Source of the DNA: Candidatus Woesearchaeota archaeon CG1_02_57_44
GTDB taxonomy: Archaea > Nanobdellota > Nanobdellia > Woesearchaeales > CG1-02-57-44
DNA: 64,000 nt
Assembly: GCA_001871415.1 (NCBI GenBank)
Contig: MNWW01000066.1
Span: forward strand, 2,091 to 66,090
Direction of reading: 5' to 3'
The notes below the pieces were generated by a model. The model was not told the DNA's origin and ran no database searches. It saw only the letters and a program-made list of their open reading frames with translations. Positions 38,754 to 49,089 of this stretch are shown here, piece after piece; the stretch's first letter is position 1, and every line of letters starts with the position of its first letter. The translations under genes were made by a program, and so were the position numbers.

Positions 38754-41120
38754 CTACTTTCTCATCTGACCCAGCATCCATGCGAGCACTCCGACGAGCA
38801 CTGCTATCGCGAGCGCCAGTATCGCCAAGTACGCGTCACCGGACAGGAAGCTCCTGCGCGTGGTACCGTACGCTGGCTGACCATTTCCGTAGATGACATC
38901 CGGCTGCGTGATCGGAGGGACGATGATGGTCGTGCCGCCGGTGTTACTGCCCGTATTGCCTCCAGTGTTTCCACCGGTGCTGCCACCCGTATTGCCTGAC
39001 CCGCCATTAGACCCGCTGCCGGCGCAGTTGACGACGCTCAGCGATAGCTGCTGCTGGTCGAGCAGGGAGCCAAGGTTGACGTACTTCTGATAGACACTCA
39101 CCGTGACAGTATAGATTCCGTTGGCGATGCCCTGGGGCACGAGAAAAGATACCGTCTTATCATAATCCTCATCTGTGTATAGCTTGGACTCGCTGAGCGC
39201 GTTCAGGCCCAGCTGCGCGTTCTTGATCTCCAGGATGATGTTCTCCTGGTCATTATTGCCGTAGTTGCTCAGGCGCGCATACGCGGATCCAGAAGCACCG
39301 CAGCTCACCTGCGAAGGATTCAATGACGCGCTGACGATGCGCACATCAAGGTTCTTCTTGTTTATCTCCAGCTGGAATTTCCAAGTGTCTGAATGCCGGA
39401 CACCATTGTCGTCGCGGCCTGTGACCGTGACCTCGACGTCGTAGTTGTCCGAATCCAGCTTGTCAGGAATGTCAAAGGAGATGGTACGCGTGGAACTCCT
39501 GTCATAGCGCAAGTCAAATGAGCTGGACTCGTCGTCGATGTCATCGCCGTCATCGATATTATAGATGATACCGCTCACCGTGACGTCCTGGATGTCGATG
39601 TCGCTCGTGAACTCGTTCTTCACCTTCACTTCCAGATCCAGCTTCTCTCCGCCCACCAGCTCCACCCTACGAGTGTCGCCATTGTTGACGTCCTTGCTGA
39701 CACCATTGTAGACCACGTTGATGTCGTCAATGCGCAGCATGGACTCTGCCTGCATGGTCACGGAGACGCTCTTCTGGCTCTGTCCGTCATTGAAAACAAT
39801 GGTACCGACCTGGGTGCGCGAAGCTCCCTGGTCAGAGGGAATAGTCATAGTGACGCTCACATCGACGCCCTGGCCAGGTTGCAGATTGCCGATGATCTGC
39901 GGACTCACCTGCGCGTTGTACTTGGACGCGAAGGTGTTGGTGACATTGATGGAAGCTATGACGCCATCGCCTGTGTTCTGCACATGGATGACACCGGACA
40001 CGGTGGTGCCGCGCTGCGCGCCACTGCTGCCGAGGTCCAGCTGCCCGGAGACGCTGAACTGCGTGATGGGATCACGCACCTGCAAGGTGATACCGCCATT
40101 GGTGGTGGTGCTGGAAGTTGTGGCTGTGAGCGGGATGACATAGGTGGCCGGAGATGCGCTCACGCCTGTTATGGTGGCGGTCACATTCTTGGTCTCACCT
40201 GCGGCAAGGGAAAAGCCATTGCTGGAAAACGAGACACTGGCGCCCGCTACGCTCGCGGGATTGGCCGAGAGGGAGACGCTGCTGAACGCCACGTTTCCGC
40301 CATTCGTGACCATCACCGGCACCTGCACAGAACTTGACTGCCCGCGCACCCAGATGGCTGAAGGACTGGAGAGCGACAGGCTGCTCTGCGCTGCCTGCAC
40401 AATGACGGTCAAGGTGCCGCTGAGCACACCTGCGCTCGTGCTGACATCGACATTGCCGACATAGGTACCCAGGGGCTGGCTGGCAGGGACATTGATGGTC
40501 AGGCCCACAGACGATGCGCCGCCATAGGGGATGGTGAAACTGGTCTGGTTCGCGGTGATAGAGCCCGTGGTGATGACATTAGTACCGGAAATCAGGTCAT
40601 GCAAGACAATATTCGCAGGTAGATTGGTGTTGCCGGTGTTCGTGACCGTGATGGTCGCCTTCGCCTGCTGGCCCTGCACACCATTGGTCTGGGCGGAAGC
40701 CACGCTGAAGCTGGATGATGCATTGACCTGGACGCTCAGAGAGACGCTGTCAAATGCACTGCCGCCTGTCGCGTTTATCTGGCCGTTGTAGGTGGCTGCG
40801 AACTGATTCGACGGAACCTGGATAGTGACGGTCCTGGCGAAGGTCGTTCCTGGCGCGACATTGGTTGCTCCGGAAAGGCCGGAGATGGCACTGACCGGGA
40901 TGCTGTTGGAACCGGAGATCAGCGCGTCATACGGGAAATTGAAATTAAGGGTCGTGGTCCCCGTGTTGGTGATATTGATGTCCGCTGACATGGATTGCCC
41001 AGGCAACGCGATGAAGCTCAGGCTGGATGGCGTTATATCAACGCTGTCCGCAGCGAGAGCCGCTGCGCTGCACACGACAACCAACAGGATAGCAAGAATG
41101 CTCCTCATGACGTTCTTCAT
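38754..41120 (-). CDS. Putative S-layer / cell-surface protein with Ig-like repeats and C-terminal membrane anchor
   Basis: Signal peptide, repeated (I/V)TNTG(N/T) Ig/CARDB-like units, S/T/V-rich composition, many N-x-S/T sites, Asp-rich DIDDGDDIDDES loop, G/N/T linker, C-terminal TM. Confidence 0.8.
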   Translation of the reverse strand: MKNVMRSILAILLVVVCSAAALAADSVDITPSSLSFIALPGQSMSADINITNTGTTTLNFNFPYDALISGSNSIPVSAISGLSGATNVAPGTTFARTVTIQVPSNQFAATYNGQINATGGSAFDSVSLSVQVNASSSFSVASAQTNGVQGQQAKATITVTNTGNTNLPANIVLHDLISGTNVITTGSITANQTSFTIPYGGASSVGLTINVPASQPLGTYVGNVDVSTSAGVLSGTLTVIVQAAQSSLSLSSPSAIWVRGQSSSVQVPVMVTNGGNVAFSSVSLSANPASVAGASVSFSSNGFSLAAGETKNVTATITGVSASPATYVIPLTATTSSTTTNGGITLQVRDPITQFSVSGQLDLGSSGAQRGTTVSGVIHVQNTGDGVIASINVTNTFASKYNAQVSPQIIGNLQPGQGVDVSVTMTIPSDQGASRTQVGTIVFNDGQSQKSVSVTMQAESMLRIDDINVVYNGVSKDVNNGDTRRVELVGGEKLDLEVKVKNEFTSDIDIQDVTVSGIIYNIDDGDDIDDESSSFDLRYDRSSTRTISFDIPDKLDSDNYDVEVTVTGRDDNGVRHSDTWKFQLEINKKNLDVRIVSASLNPSQVSCGASGSAYARLSNYGNNDQENIILEIKNAQLGLNALSESKLYTDEDYDKTVSFLVPQGIANGIYTVTVSVYQKYVNLGSLLDQQQLSLSVVNCAGSGSNGGSGNTGGSTGGNTGGNTGSNTGGTTIIVPPITQPDVIYGNGQPAYGTTRRSFLSGDAYLAILALAIAVLVGVLAWMLGQMRK

Positions 41121-41174
41121 GATGCGTTCCCCCGGGAGTATTGTTTCAATAGTATTTATTGCTCAGTAGTCACG

Positions 41175-41239
41175 GTTTATATATAAACTTTTGCGTTTGA
41201 GCGTAATAATCCGACACCGAATCCGACACCGCAGACACC
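41175..41239. promoter_or_regulatory. S-layer promoter: palindromic TATA plus tandem ATCCGACACCG repeats
   Basis: GTTTATATATAAAC at 41175-41188; ATCCGACACCG at 41209 and 41221, partial third copy at 41233. Confidence 0.5.
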
Positions 41240-41355
41240 ATAGCGCTCGTACGCAAGGATATACACTGTTTCAGCTATCCTACGTGCGTACGCATTCAGT
41301 TGGTCTCAAGGCCTGACCAACCCCATCCCCATTCAACCACCCCTTACAGTGGATC

Positions 41356-42204
41356 CTATAGCCCCTTTGCGGCGAAATACTGCCGGTATTTCCCCAGATC
41401 CCTTGTCTCCTCAGCAGACAGAGGCGCAGACAAGGGAGCAGAATCCCCATAAAATGCCAAAAACTCCATGCGCTGGTGATCATACAGGTCCTTTGGCGTT
41501 CCCCAACCAAGATACAGGTCAATATCAAAGAAGACCGTGCGCTTGTGCATCGTATTCAGGAACTTTGGGACCGCGTCGACATAGAACTCGTTGTTGATGC
41601 GATGGTCGGCCTTGATCATGGCATCTACGGCGGCCATGAAATCGCCAGCCCGACGAAACCAGAACGTGGCCACGACCGCATGGTCGTTGTAGGGATTGTC
41701 CGAAACGGGCACTTTGACGCTCACATCCTTGACCGTCCTGCCGTCTTCGCCCGGAACCACCCAGCCCCACGCGCGGGGATTCCGACGCAAGGTCTCTTTC
41801 TTCGTGAATGTCCAGAGGATAGCATCCACAGAGGAATCAGCCATCAACCCTGCCATCGCGACTGTATCATAGAGATAACCATTATCACAGGCAGCGATGA
41901 GCAATGGCTCGCCCGGTTCCAGGTATGGCGCCGCCAGCATGCAGGTGCAGGCCTGACCCTCGGTCGTCTTCTCCACCGGCACGATGATGGCATCCGGAAG
42001 CGCAGAGCGGAGGACCTTGTCGATAGCATAGTCGTCCACGTGCTCCTTTCGCACCATGAAGACCCACTTGTCATCCTTGGGCAGATCCTCGATGACCCGC
42101 AGGATCATTGGCTTGCCGGATACCGGCACGAGCGGCTTTGGCAGCACATAACCGTCCCTAGCGAATCTGCTGCCCAGGCCCGCCATAGGGATTATCGTCG
42201 CCAT
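41356..42204 (-). CDS. Sugar-phosphate nucleotidyltransferase (NTP transferase family)
   Basis: IIPMAGLGSRF..GY.LPKPL, TEGQACT, INNEFYV, GWGTP. Confidence 0.85.
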   Translation of the reverse strand: MATIIPMAGLGSRFARDGYVLPKPLVPVSGKPMILRVIEDLPKDDKWVFMVRKEHVDDYAIDKVLRSALPDAIIVPVEKTTEGQACTCMLAAPYLEPGEPLLIAACDNGYLYDTVAMAGLMADSSVDAILWTFTKKETLRRNPRAWGWVVPGEDGRTVKDVSVKVPVSDNPYNDHAVVATFWFRRAGDFMAAVDAMIKADHRINNEFYVDAVPKFLNTMHKRTVFFDIDLYLGWGTPKDLYDHQRMEFLAFYGDSAPLSAPLSAEETRDLGKYRQYFAAKGL

Positions 42205-42378
42205 GCGATTGCGGGAGAGCTGATGGGATAAAAGGGTTGTGGTGGCTGCAAGGCGACACAATACCCTAGCATGACATCACGTCAGATATCTAGCCATCCC
42301 CCCGTAATGCATCCTCGTTCTCCTCTCGCCCATCACAGCAATGCAATCTTAATAAATCAAAGCAAGATCGCCTCATCC

Positions 42379-43779
42379 ATGCCAACCATAGCGCTCATCA
42401 ACTGCGCGAAAGGACTCACGGACATGGTACTGACACCTGCCCAACAGAACATAGGACTGGTCGTCATCAAGCAAGCGCTGGAGAGCGCAGGCATCGATGT
42501 GCTGATGCTCCCGGAAGAGCCCGTCGATTTCAGCAGCGAGAATCTTGACGAGGGCATTCGCGCCATGTACTTCCCCATATTTGAGCGAAGCCATGATATC
42601 GCGTATGTCGGCATGTCGGTCATGTCCGAGACCATGTGGTTAATGAATATGCATGCACAGACCCTGCGACATATCGTCCCAGAAATACCCCTTGCAGCAG
42701 GAGGAGCCGCATTCAGACGCGAGCTCTCGCTTGAGCGCAAAGGCCTACGCGATCCTGTGCATTGGACATTGGAAGAAGGCATCGTCGATCTGGTGAATGT
42801 GGGGCATGCCGCATCGTTCGTGCAGCTGTGCAAGACGTGCGACCGCGACCTGCCTGGCATCTACCATTGGGACGATGGCCTACAAGGCAGCGGGACCAGC
42901 GGCATCCCAGAACTTGATCGCTTGCCCATAGGCATGGGCGAATCGGATTCGATAAGGGTGGTGCTCCGTGACGTCTGCGGCAATGCCTGCGACTACTGCG
43001 TCACGTATAGCGGCGGATTCGCCATCGATCCATCGATAGCCGTACGTGACCTTCGTGCGCATCTTGATACGCATCCAGAACACACGCGCCTGGTCGTCAG
43101 CGACTCCAACCCTTTCGCTAACTGGAGCTACTACGATGACATCCTCACAGGTCTGCAAGGAAGAAACCAGCACACCACCACCTACCTCGAACCGACCAAC
43201 TACGCGCATTCGCCTGAGCTGCATCATACCGCCATACGAAAGCATCGTCTCGACCGTATGTTCATCGGACGCGACACGGTATACGAGACGGATGCCGCAT
43301 TCATGGGACGAAGATATCAGGGAAAATCCAAGACGCAAGCGATGCTCGATACGGAAGCCGTTGCCCTCAAAGAGCTCATCAAGTTCCTGAAAGCAGAGGA
43401 CCGTCCGACGCAGCTGCAGATCCATTATATCCTCTCACCTTCCCTGACGCCTGAACACGGCATCGCGCTGGTGGACGAGATGATGGAGATGGATGCGCTC
43501 GGGAATGACACCGTCGATGTCAGCATCGGCGTATTTCCCCTGCTGCCTCACCCTGGCACGCGCTTGCGCCGTGAGCACATAGAGCACATCATCGGGCCTG
43601 AAGACTACCTCTCTTTCAGAGGGTATGACATACGCTGGAGAGATTCGCTGCCGGGCAGCGCGTGCATAGAAGTGATCGGACGGGCCAGACCCGTAGATAT
43701 GAATTTTCAGGAGCGATACACTGCCGCGCGCGCCGAGCTTGCCGGCATGCGTGCCGCGGGAACATATAGAGAATCATGA
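42379..43779 (+). CDS. Radical SAM protein with B12-binding-like N-terminal domain
   Basis: CGNACDYC (CxxxCxxC), VGMSVMS, AAGG, PHPGT. Confidence 0.72.
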   Translation: MPTIALINCAKGLTDMVLTPAQQNIGLVVIKQALESAGIDVLMLPEEPVDFSSENLDEGIRAMYFPIFERSHDIAYVGMSVMSETMWLMNMHAQTLRHIVPEIPLAAGGAAFRRELSLERKGLRDPVHWTLEEGIVDLVNVGHAASFVQLCKTCDRDLPGIYHWDDGLQGSGTSGIPELDRLPIGMGESDSIRVVLRDVCGNACDYCVTYSGGFAIDPSIAVRDLRAHLDTHPEHTRLVVSDSNPFANWSYYDDILTGLQGRNQHTTTYLEPTNYAHSPELHHTAIRKHRLDRMFIGRDTVYETDAAFMGRRYQGKSKTQAMLDTEAVALKELIKFLKAEDRPTQLQIHYILSPSLTPEHGIALVDEMMEMDALGNDTVDVSIGVFPLLPHPGTRLRREHIEHIIGPEDYLSFRGYDIRWRDSLPGSACIEVIGRARPVDMNFQERYTAARAELAGMRAAGTYRES

Positions 43780-43798
43780 GGGCCCACGTCCGCCATCT

Positions 43799-45295
43799 TC
43801 AATTTTCCACATCAAACCCTGCGCCAGACACGTCGCACACGAACACATCATCCTTCTCGTCATGGAGCGCGACGCAATCAGGCCAGCGCCTGCGCACCTC
43901 TGCCTCGATGGCTGAAGCAGCTTTCGCGCGCCGCAGCGACGATATGACGATGCGTGTTCTTGCGACCCTCGCCATCTCCGCGACAGCCGTCTCAACATCA
44001 GCGCAGTGATGCAGCGCGGTGAAGCTGACCACGACGTCAAAGCTATCATCAGCAAAGGGCAATGCCTCTGCGCTTCCGACCTGTAGTCCCTTGCGGCCCG
44101 CACGCACGCCTTGCTCAATCAATCCTACGCTCGGGTCGAGGCCACAGTAGGTACGCTTGGAAATGGATGAGACCTCCAGAGGGCCGTTCGAGTCAATATT
44201 TTGGTGCCATGCATCATGCAGCATACCGGTGCCGCAGCCCACATCCAGGAGCGACGAGTATTGTGCTATATGCGGTAAGACGAGCGCGTACTTAGCGCGC
44301 TGCTCGTCTCCGTGAAGATCATCATAGCCTGACGCGATGGAAGAATAGTAGCTGGCATCAGCAGGAGCGGGCTGCGATTCCTCGGTCCTCGCAGGAGCCA
44401 CGTCCGTCGACAGCTTGTCTGTGCGTAGCACCTGCAACCCGTGAGATGCCGCGAATTCCTCAGCGAGCGCCATGACCCGCGCTTTTTCCTGACCCAGTCC
44501 TTTCCAATCCAGAAGGATGGCGTCGACACCCATGGTCCCGGTGTCCAAATCCACACCTGCCATCGTGCGCCCGATAGCCTGGCGCAGCATGTCCTCGTCA
44601 AGATCCGGCAACGCGTACTTCGGGCAGACATGACCCACGGCCATGGGATATCGCTGCACCGCCTTGTTGAATTCAGCGCAGGTGTGAGTGCCACCCAAAC
44701 CGACGACGATGCGCGGCACCTCCGCATCCTTGGACATCGGATCTATCGAAAGCAGCTGCACAACCGCGCTCGCCAACGCAGCGCCCGCGACGGGGTCAAC
44801 CCACTCTTTCCCGGTGCTGCCTATCTCCATGAACAGGCAGGGCCTATCGAGCAATGGCCCATGATGCGTCGCCTCCATGACCGGATCGTAGCCATCCGGA
44901 CAGTGGCGCACCAGCGCAAGATACGCTCGACGCTGCCAGAGCGCGGGCGCGATGCCAAGCGCTCGCTTCTTGCCACCTTGCAGCGCGTCGCCCCAGTTGC
45001 CCGGCGCGTGGCAGGACATTGTCGGTACGCCAGCTCTGCTCGCATGACGCGTGAGAAACAGAAACATGTCGGCCGCGAAGCCAAGCGCGCGCATCGTGCT
45101 TCCCAGGTCTTCGCAATGGATCGTGTCCTTCTGCGCGGTGAGCAGCAGCAGACGATGGAGAGGAGTCTGCGCGTGCAGGAGAGCAGATCCGTCGTGCGCA
45201 CCTTGCGCATGCCAGGGCATCCTGGCGAGCAATCGCTCACGCACATTCATCCCCGCAGGGTCCTGCACTGACACGATGATGGCGATGTCCATCAT
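43799..45295 (-). CDS. dtdA: D-aminoacyl-tRNA deacylase (DTD2 type) fused to a class I SAM methyltransferase
   Basis: DPAGMN, FLTRHAS, HAPGN, EATHHGP, FMEIGS, GLGGTH, GHVCPKY; C-terminal LDVGCGTG, AEALPFADDSFD, EMARV. Confidence 0.88.
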   Translation of the reverse strand: MMDIAIIVSVQDPAGMNVRERLLARMPWHAQGAHDGSALLHAQTPLHRLLLLTAQKDTIHCEDLGSTMRALGFAADMFLFLTRHASRAGVPTMSCHAPGNWGDALQGGKKRALGIAPALWQRRAYLALVRHCPDGYDPVMEATHHGPLLDRPCLFMEIGSTGKEWVDPVAGAALASAVVQLLSIDPMSKDAEVPRIVVGLGGTHTCAEFNKAVQRYPMAVGHVCPKYALPDLDEDMLRQAIGRTMAGVDLDTGTMGVDAILLDWKGLGQEKARVMALAEEFAASHGLQVLRTDKLSTDVAPARTEESQPAPADASYYSSIASGYDDLHGDEQRAKYALVLPHIAQYSSLLDVGCGTGMLHDAWHQNIDSNGPLEVSSISKRTYCGLDPSVGLIEQGVRAGRKGLQVGSAEALPFADDSFDVVVSFTALHHCADVETAVAEMARVARTRIVISSLRRAKAASAIEAEVRRRWPDCVALHDEKDDVFVCDVSGAGFDVEN

Positions 45296-45296
45296 A

Positions 45297-46313
45297 TCAC
45301 CGCAACCCAAAGACATCATGCGCGATCATTCTGGCAATCTCCTCGTGCCCCGCAGCATCCGGATGATAAGGGTCCTGCGGACCGAGCGAGGAAGCATTGA
45401 GCGCATAGAGGTCAAGCACGCCAAGCCCTGCCTGTCTTGCCCGTCCAGCGACGAGCGCGTGGACATCCTGCCATCGATAGTCTTCGATGAAGAGCGGGAC
45501 GATGACTACCGTCACATCGAAATTGTCTTGCTTGGCAAGCGCGGCAAGACGATCGAACGCCGCGCCCACCGCCTCGAAAGATTTACCCTTATGGATGTAA
45601 TGGATGTAGTCCTCCTTGAGGAAGAAGGCATAGTATATCTTACGCACCACCAGCAGGGTCTTGCCATACACCCAACCGAAGAGGTGACTGGGATAATAGT
45701 CCGGCCTGAACACAATGTCATTTGTTCCTGGGTCATTGAGCACATAAGCGACGATGACCTGATCAGGTCGATACATGAGAGCTTTCGTGGCCAACTGCTC
45801 GACCTCCTGCTCAGTGCCATAGCCGGACACGCCGAAATTGAGGACCTCGAATGATTGATGAGATTGCTGTGAAGAGTCTATGGTCTGCTGGCCAGCATCC
45901 TCTGTCGGGCCTTGAACAGCATCGGCCTGCCCGCCACGTAGCATGCGCTCAAGCACGTTCGGGAAGGTCTGGCTGGAATTCACGCCCCAGCCGAAGGTGA
46001 CTGAGTCGCCGAGCACGATGATGCGGTACGTCGTGGGCTGCCCTGACGCGTCCAGAGGGCGCTCTATAGGATACGCGTCATCACGAAATCCCTGGCTGTT
46101 GATCGTGTAGGCAATCCCCTGCTGCACACTCGTCGTATTGGGATTAAGCTCGTACATAAGGACTTTGTCCGCAGAGCGGATGTGCACGACGTCATGGTTG
46201 CCCCAGATGGTTTCTCCCACGCGAAAGCAGCCCTCAAGGACAAGGAACACCAGGAGCAACCAAGCGATGGATCTCCAAAGCTTCGCACTCCCTCGCTTTG
46301 CTTTCAGCCACAT
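45297..46313 (-). CDS. SGNH/GDSL hydrolase family protein with N-terminal TM
   Basis: INSQGFRD, LGDSVTFG, NFGVSGY, LND, DPYHP..AGH. Confidence 0.88.
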   Translation of the reverse strand: MWLKAKRGSAKLWRSIAWLLLVFLVLEGCFRVGETIWGNHDVVHIRSADKVLMYELNPNTTSVQQGIAYTINSQGFRDDAYPIERPLDASGQPTTYRIIVLGDSVTFGWGVNSSQTFPNVLERMLRGGQADAVQGPTEDAGQQTIDSSQQSHQSFEVLNFGVSGYGTEQEVEQLATKALMYRPDQVIVAYVLNDPGTNDIVFRPDYYPSHLFGWVYGKTLLVVRKIYYAFFLKEDYIHYIHKGKSFEAVGAAFDRLAALAKQDNFDVTVVIVPLFIEDYRWQDVHALVAGRARQAGLGVLDLYALNASSLGPQDPYHPDAAGHEEIARMIAHDVFGLR

Positions 46314-46407
46314 ACCAACGCGGGATGCTGACAGGTTCTAAAAGCTATCGGCCACTTACGGCCACAAAGGAGCAGCACGGGCACTGTATGCATTGGCGAG
46401 CATTGCT

Positions 46408-48009
46408 TCAGCAACGGCTCAGCACCACAATACGCGGATTGACTTCTTCGAGCACCTGACCGAACAGCGTATGATAACGGAATTCCTGTTGTGTGTGGAA
46501 TCCCAACGAGCCATCAAGCAGCCCCTCATACAGCTGCTTTGCCGCAGGGTCATCAAGCCGTCCGGCCAGAAACATACCCGAAAATACGCTGTCCTCTTCA
46601 GGCACGTAGACACCATATAAGTAACTGGAGAGCACAGCAAGGCACGCGTCACTGTCAGCGAGCAAGGTGACGTATGGAATGCCAGTCACCTTATGGACAA
46701 CGATGAGCTGCTCAAGGGAAACAGGCTCGTTGCCGTCGAGGAATGGATTGAATTCCTGCACCGCAGTCGCCGCCAGCACGCGCTGCGTCGGCAATGCCGC
46801 CAGGTAGGACGACGCTGCGTCCCTGCTGTCATGGCTGAAAGCGGCAACAGCCGTCACGCCATACAATATGGCGCATGCAGCCAGCAGCACCAGCAGGATA
46901 TGGCCGGCCCGCATGCGCGATACCCCCCACGCCACCAGCAATGCCGCGCTGGGCACAATGACCAGCAGCATGCGTGGCACCATGTAATGCCAGGAGCCAA
47001 AGAACGCCAGAAAGACTGCCAGCAGGAGCGCGTGCGCCGCTGGCTGCGCTTCCCACTGGCGCAGGGAGATGACGAGTGCGAGCAGGAGGAGCAGCGTGGA
47101 CGGCCACCAGAAGGACTGAACGAAGCTCTGCAGATAGAGCAGGATGACAGGATAGCTCACGACCAATCCCGCGAAGCCTTCGCTGCTGTGGCTCGAATAG
47201 AATAGGGCCTCGTCGAGGAACTGCTGCGGACGCACGAGCAGCGTCGGGTTGAGCACCAGGAACACGAGAGGGATGAGCAGCAGCCATCGCGCCCTGCAAC
47301 CATCGCTTCGCGCATGACGACGCGGAACCAAGAAGAGCAAGGGGGCAAGGATAAGGAAACCGAAGAGGTATTTCATCGATGCCGCGAACCCCACTGACGC
47401 GCAGAGCAGTGCGAAGTCGCGTTGCGCATCTGCCCGCCTGCCGGCCTGCTTGACAACACCGCTTCCCGCATGAGCCCCATTGCGCAGCACGCGCGCAAGA
47501 AAATAACAGACCATCGTAGCACCCAACAAAGCAGGCGACAGGTCTGTGACATAATGCGCGTACGTGAGTACGAAGGTATTGGTCGCGACGAGCAACGCGG
47601 CCAGCAGCGCGTAAGGTTCAGAAAGAAACTGCATGGCAGCAAGGTAGACCAGAAAGACAGCAAGGGTCGTCAGCAGCGCGGACAGGATGCGACCAAGCAG
47701 CACGATGTTGCGCAGGATGCGGGGCGGCATGTCATAGATGCCGTGGATGCTATCGACCGGTAGGTCACCCCGTAGGTACTCAATGCCAAGATAGGGCAGC
47801 TGCACTGCGGCGTACAGGAAATAGACACCCTGGCTGCGATGGAATGAGCCCATGAACACGCTCTTGTCGGCTGCCATCTTCAGGACGCCGCCGGTCAGAT
47901 GATCCGGATAGCGCAGCTGCTCAGGAAGGCCCCAGGTATTCGCGTACAGGCCAAGCAACAGCGAGAAGAGAAGCAACCAGGTGATGGCCCGGGGGCGCGA
48001 ATGTCTCAT
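46408..48009 (-). CDS. GT-C fold membrane glycosyltransferase (GT39/ArnT-like)
   Basis: WGLP...YPD, GRILS, HY..D, A.SMKY and many TM segments. Confidence 0.78.
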   Translation of the reverse strand: MRHSRPRAITWLLLFSLLLGLYANTWGLPEQLRYPDHLTGGVLKMAADKSVFMGSFHRSQGVYFLYAAVQLPYLGIEYLRGDLPVDSIHGIYDMPPRILRNIVLLGRILSALLTTLAVFLVYLAAMQFLSEPYALLAALLVATNTFVLTYAHYVTDLSPALLGATMVCYFLARVLRNGAHAGSGVVKQAGRRADAQRDFALLCASVGFAASMKYLFGFLILAPLLFLVPRRHARSDGCRARWLLLIPLVFLVLNPTLLVRPQQFLDEALFYSSHSSEGFAGLVVSYPVILLYLQSFVQSFWWPSTLLLLLALVISLRQWEAQPAAHALLLAVFLAFFGSWHYMVPRMLLVIVPSAALLVAWGVSRMRAGHILLVLLAACAILYGVTAVAAFSHDSRDAASSYLAALPTQRVLAATAVQEFNPFLDGNEPVSLEQLIVVHKVTGIPYVTLLADSDACLAVLSSYLYGVYVPEEDSVFSGMFLAGRLDDPAAKQLYEGLLDGSLGFHTQQEFRYHTLFGQVLEEVNPRIVVLSRC

Positions 48010-48131
48010 GGTCTTGTGTATGAAGAGCTATAGCATCACCGGAACGTGCACCTTGCCGGTGCAAGTACCACATGATCCCATCACGCGTCGCACCGGATTC
48101 CAAGGAATGTCCAGCAGTCATAGCGTGCGGT

Positions 48132-48971
48132 TCACCGGAAGAGCTTTGTCTTGAACAGGAACAGAGGGATGATGACCCCGTCACGGATTAGCTTCACGCT
48201 GGTGATGCCCCCCTGCCTGCCGGTATAATGGATCGGGATTTCTTTAATCCTGAGCCCCCGCTTATTGGCGAGGATGGCTATCTCCGGCTCGTAGGCGAAG
48301 TGCCAGCAGCGGAAATCGACTTTCTGGATACCTTTGGTCGTCCACGCCTTGAAACCCGCATTCACATCCGTGAGGCGTTGGCCGCAGAGCACACTGGTCA
48401 GGCCTGACACGGTCCAGTTGGCCAGGCGCCTGATGCCCGTCAGCGAGCCCCTGTCGACCTTCGCGCCCGGGCGAAACCTGGTGGCGAATGTGATATCGCA
48501 CGCACCATCCATGACCGGCGCGACGAGCTCCGGCAGCTCCTCTGGCTGAAACTGACTGTCCGCGTCAACCTGGGCCTGGTATGGCCTGCTCGCCGCGTTG
48601 ACACCCTGCAGGATGGCGTAGCCTTTGCCGCGATTGATATCGTCGGTGATGAGCTTGACCTGCTTGAACTTCTTTTGCGCCTGGCGCACGACCGCTGCGG
48701 TGTTGTCCCGGGAGCCGTCATTGACCACGATGATCTCCGCCTTAGGCACGACCTTGACCACGCGCGCGATGGTCGCCGTGATGTTCTTCTCTTCGTTGTA
48801 CGCCGCGATGATAATGGAGAGCTTGCTTGAGTCGATGAATGGCCTGCCTGAAGCCTTGCTTCCTGGGACGCCCTTGACTTTTACCGGACGCCTTGACCTG
48901 GACACCGATGCCCTGCGGCCGGCTTTCGCTGCGCGCTTCTTTGCTCTTGATGAACTTTTTGCTTGCTTCAT
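48132..48971 (-). CDS. Glycosyltransferase family 2 (polyprenol-phosphate glycosyltransferase-like)
   Basis: SIIIAAYNEE, VNDGSRDNT, NRGKG, DADSQ, TDVNAGFK; K/R-rich N-terminal tail. Confidence 0.9.
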   Translation of the reverse strand: MKQAKSSSRAKKRAAKAGRRASVSRSRRPVKVKGVPGSKASGRPFIDSSKLSIIIAAYNEEKNITATIARVVKVVPKAEIIVVNDGSRDNTAAVVRQAQKKFKQVKLITDDINRGKGYAILQGVNAASRPYQAQVDADSQFQPEELPELVAPVMDGACDITFATRFRPGAKVDRGSLTGIRRLANWTVSGLTSVLCGQRLTDVNAGFKAWTTKGIQKVDFRCWHFAYEPEIAILANKRGLRIKEIPIHYTGRQGGITSVKLIRDGVIIPLFLFKTKLFR

Positions 48972-49089
48972 GAGACATCCTCACATTGGCCTTAGACCCT
49001 TCACCTTGCGGCCTGCATGACAACACATATATACCTGCGTAAAACGCAAAAGCCTGGTCAAGGGGGCATTTTATATATTTTACTGGAAA

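Noticed and set aside
38930..39020. GNTGG-type repeats
   Set aside because: Ordinary flexible linker coding sequence within the S-layer protein
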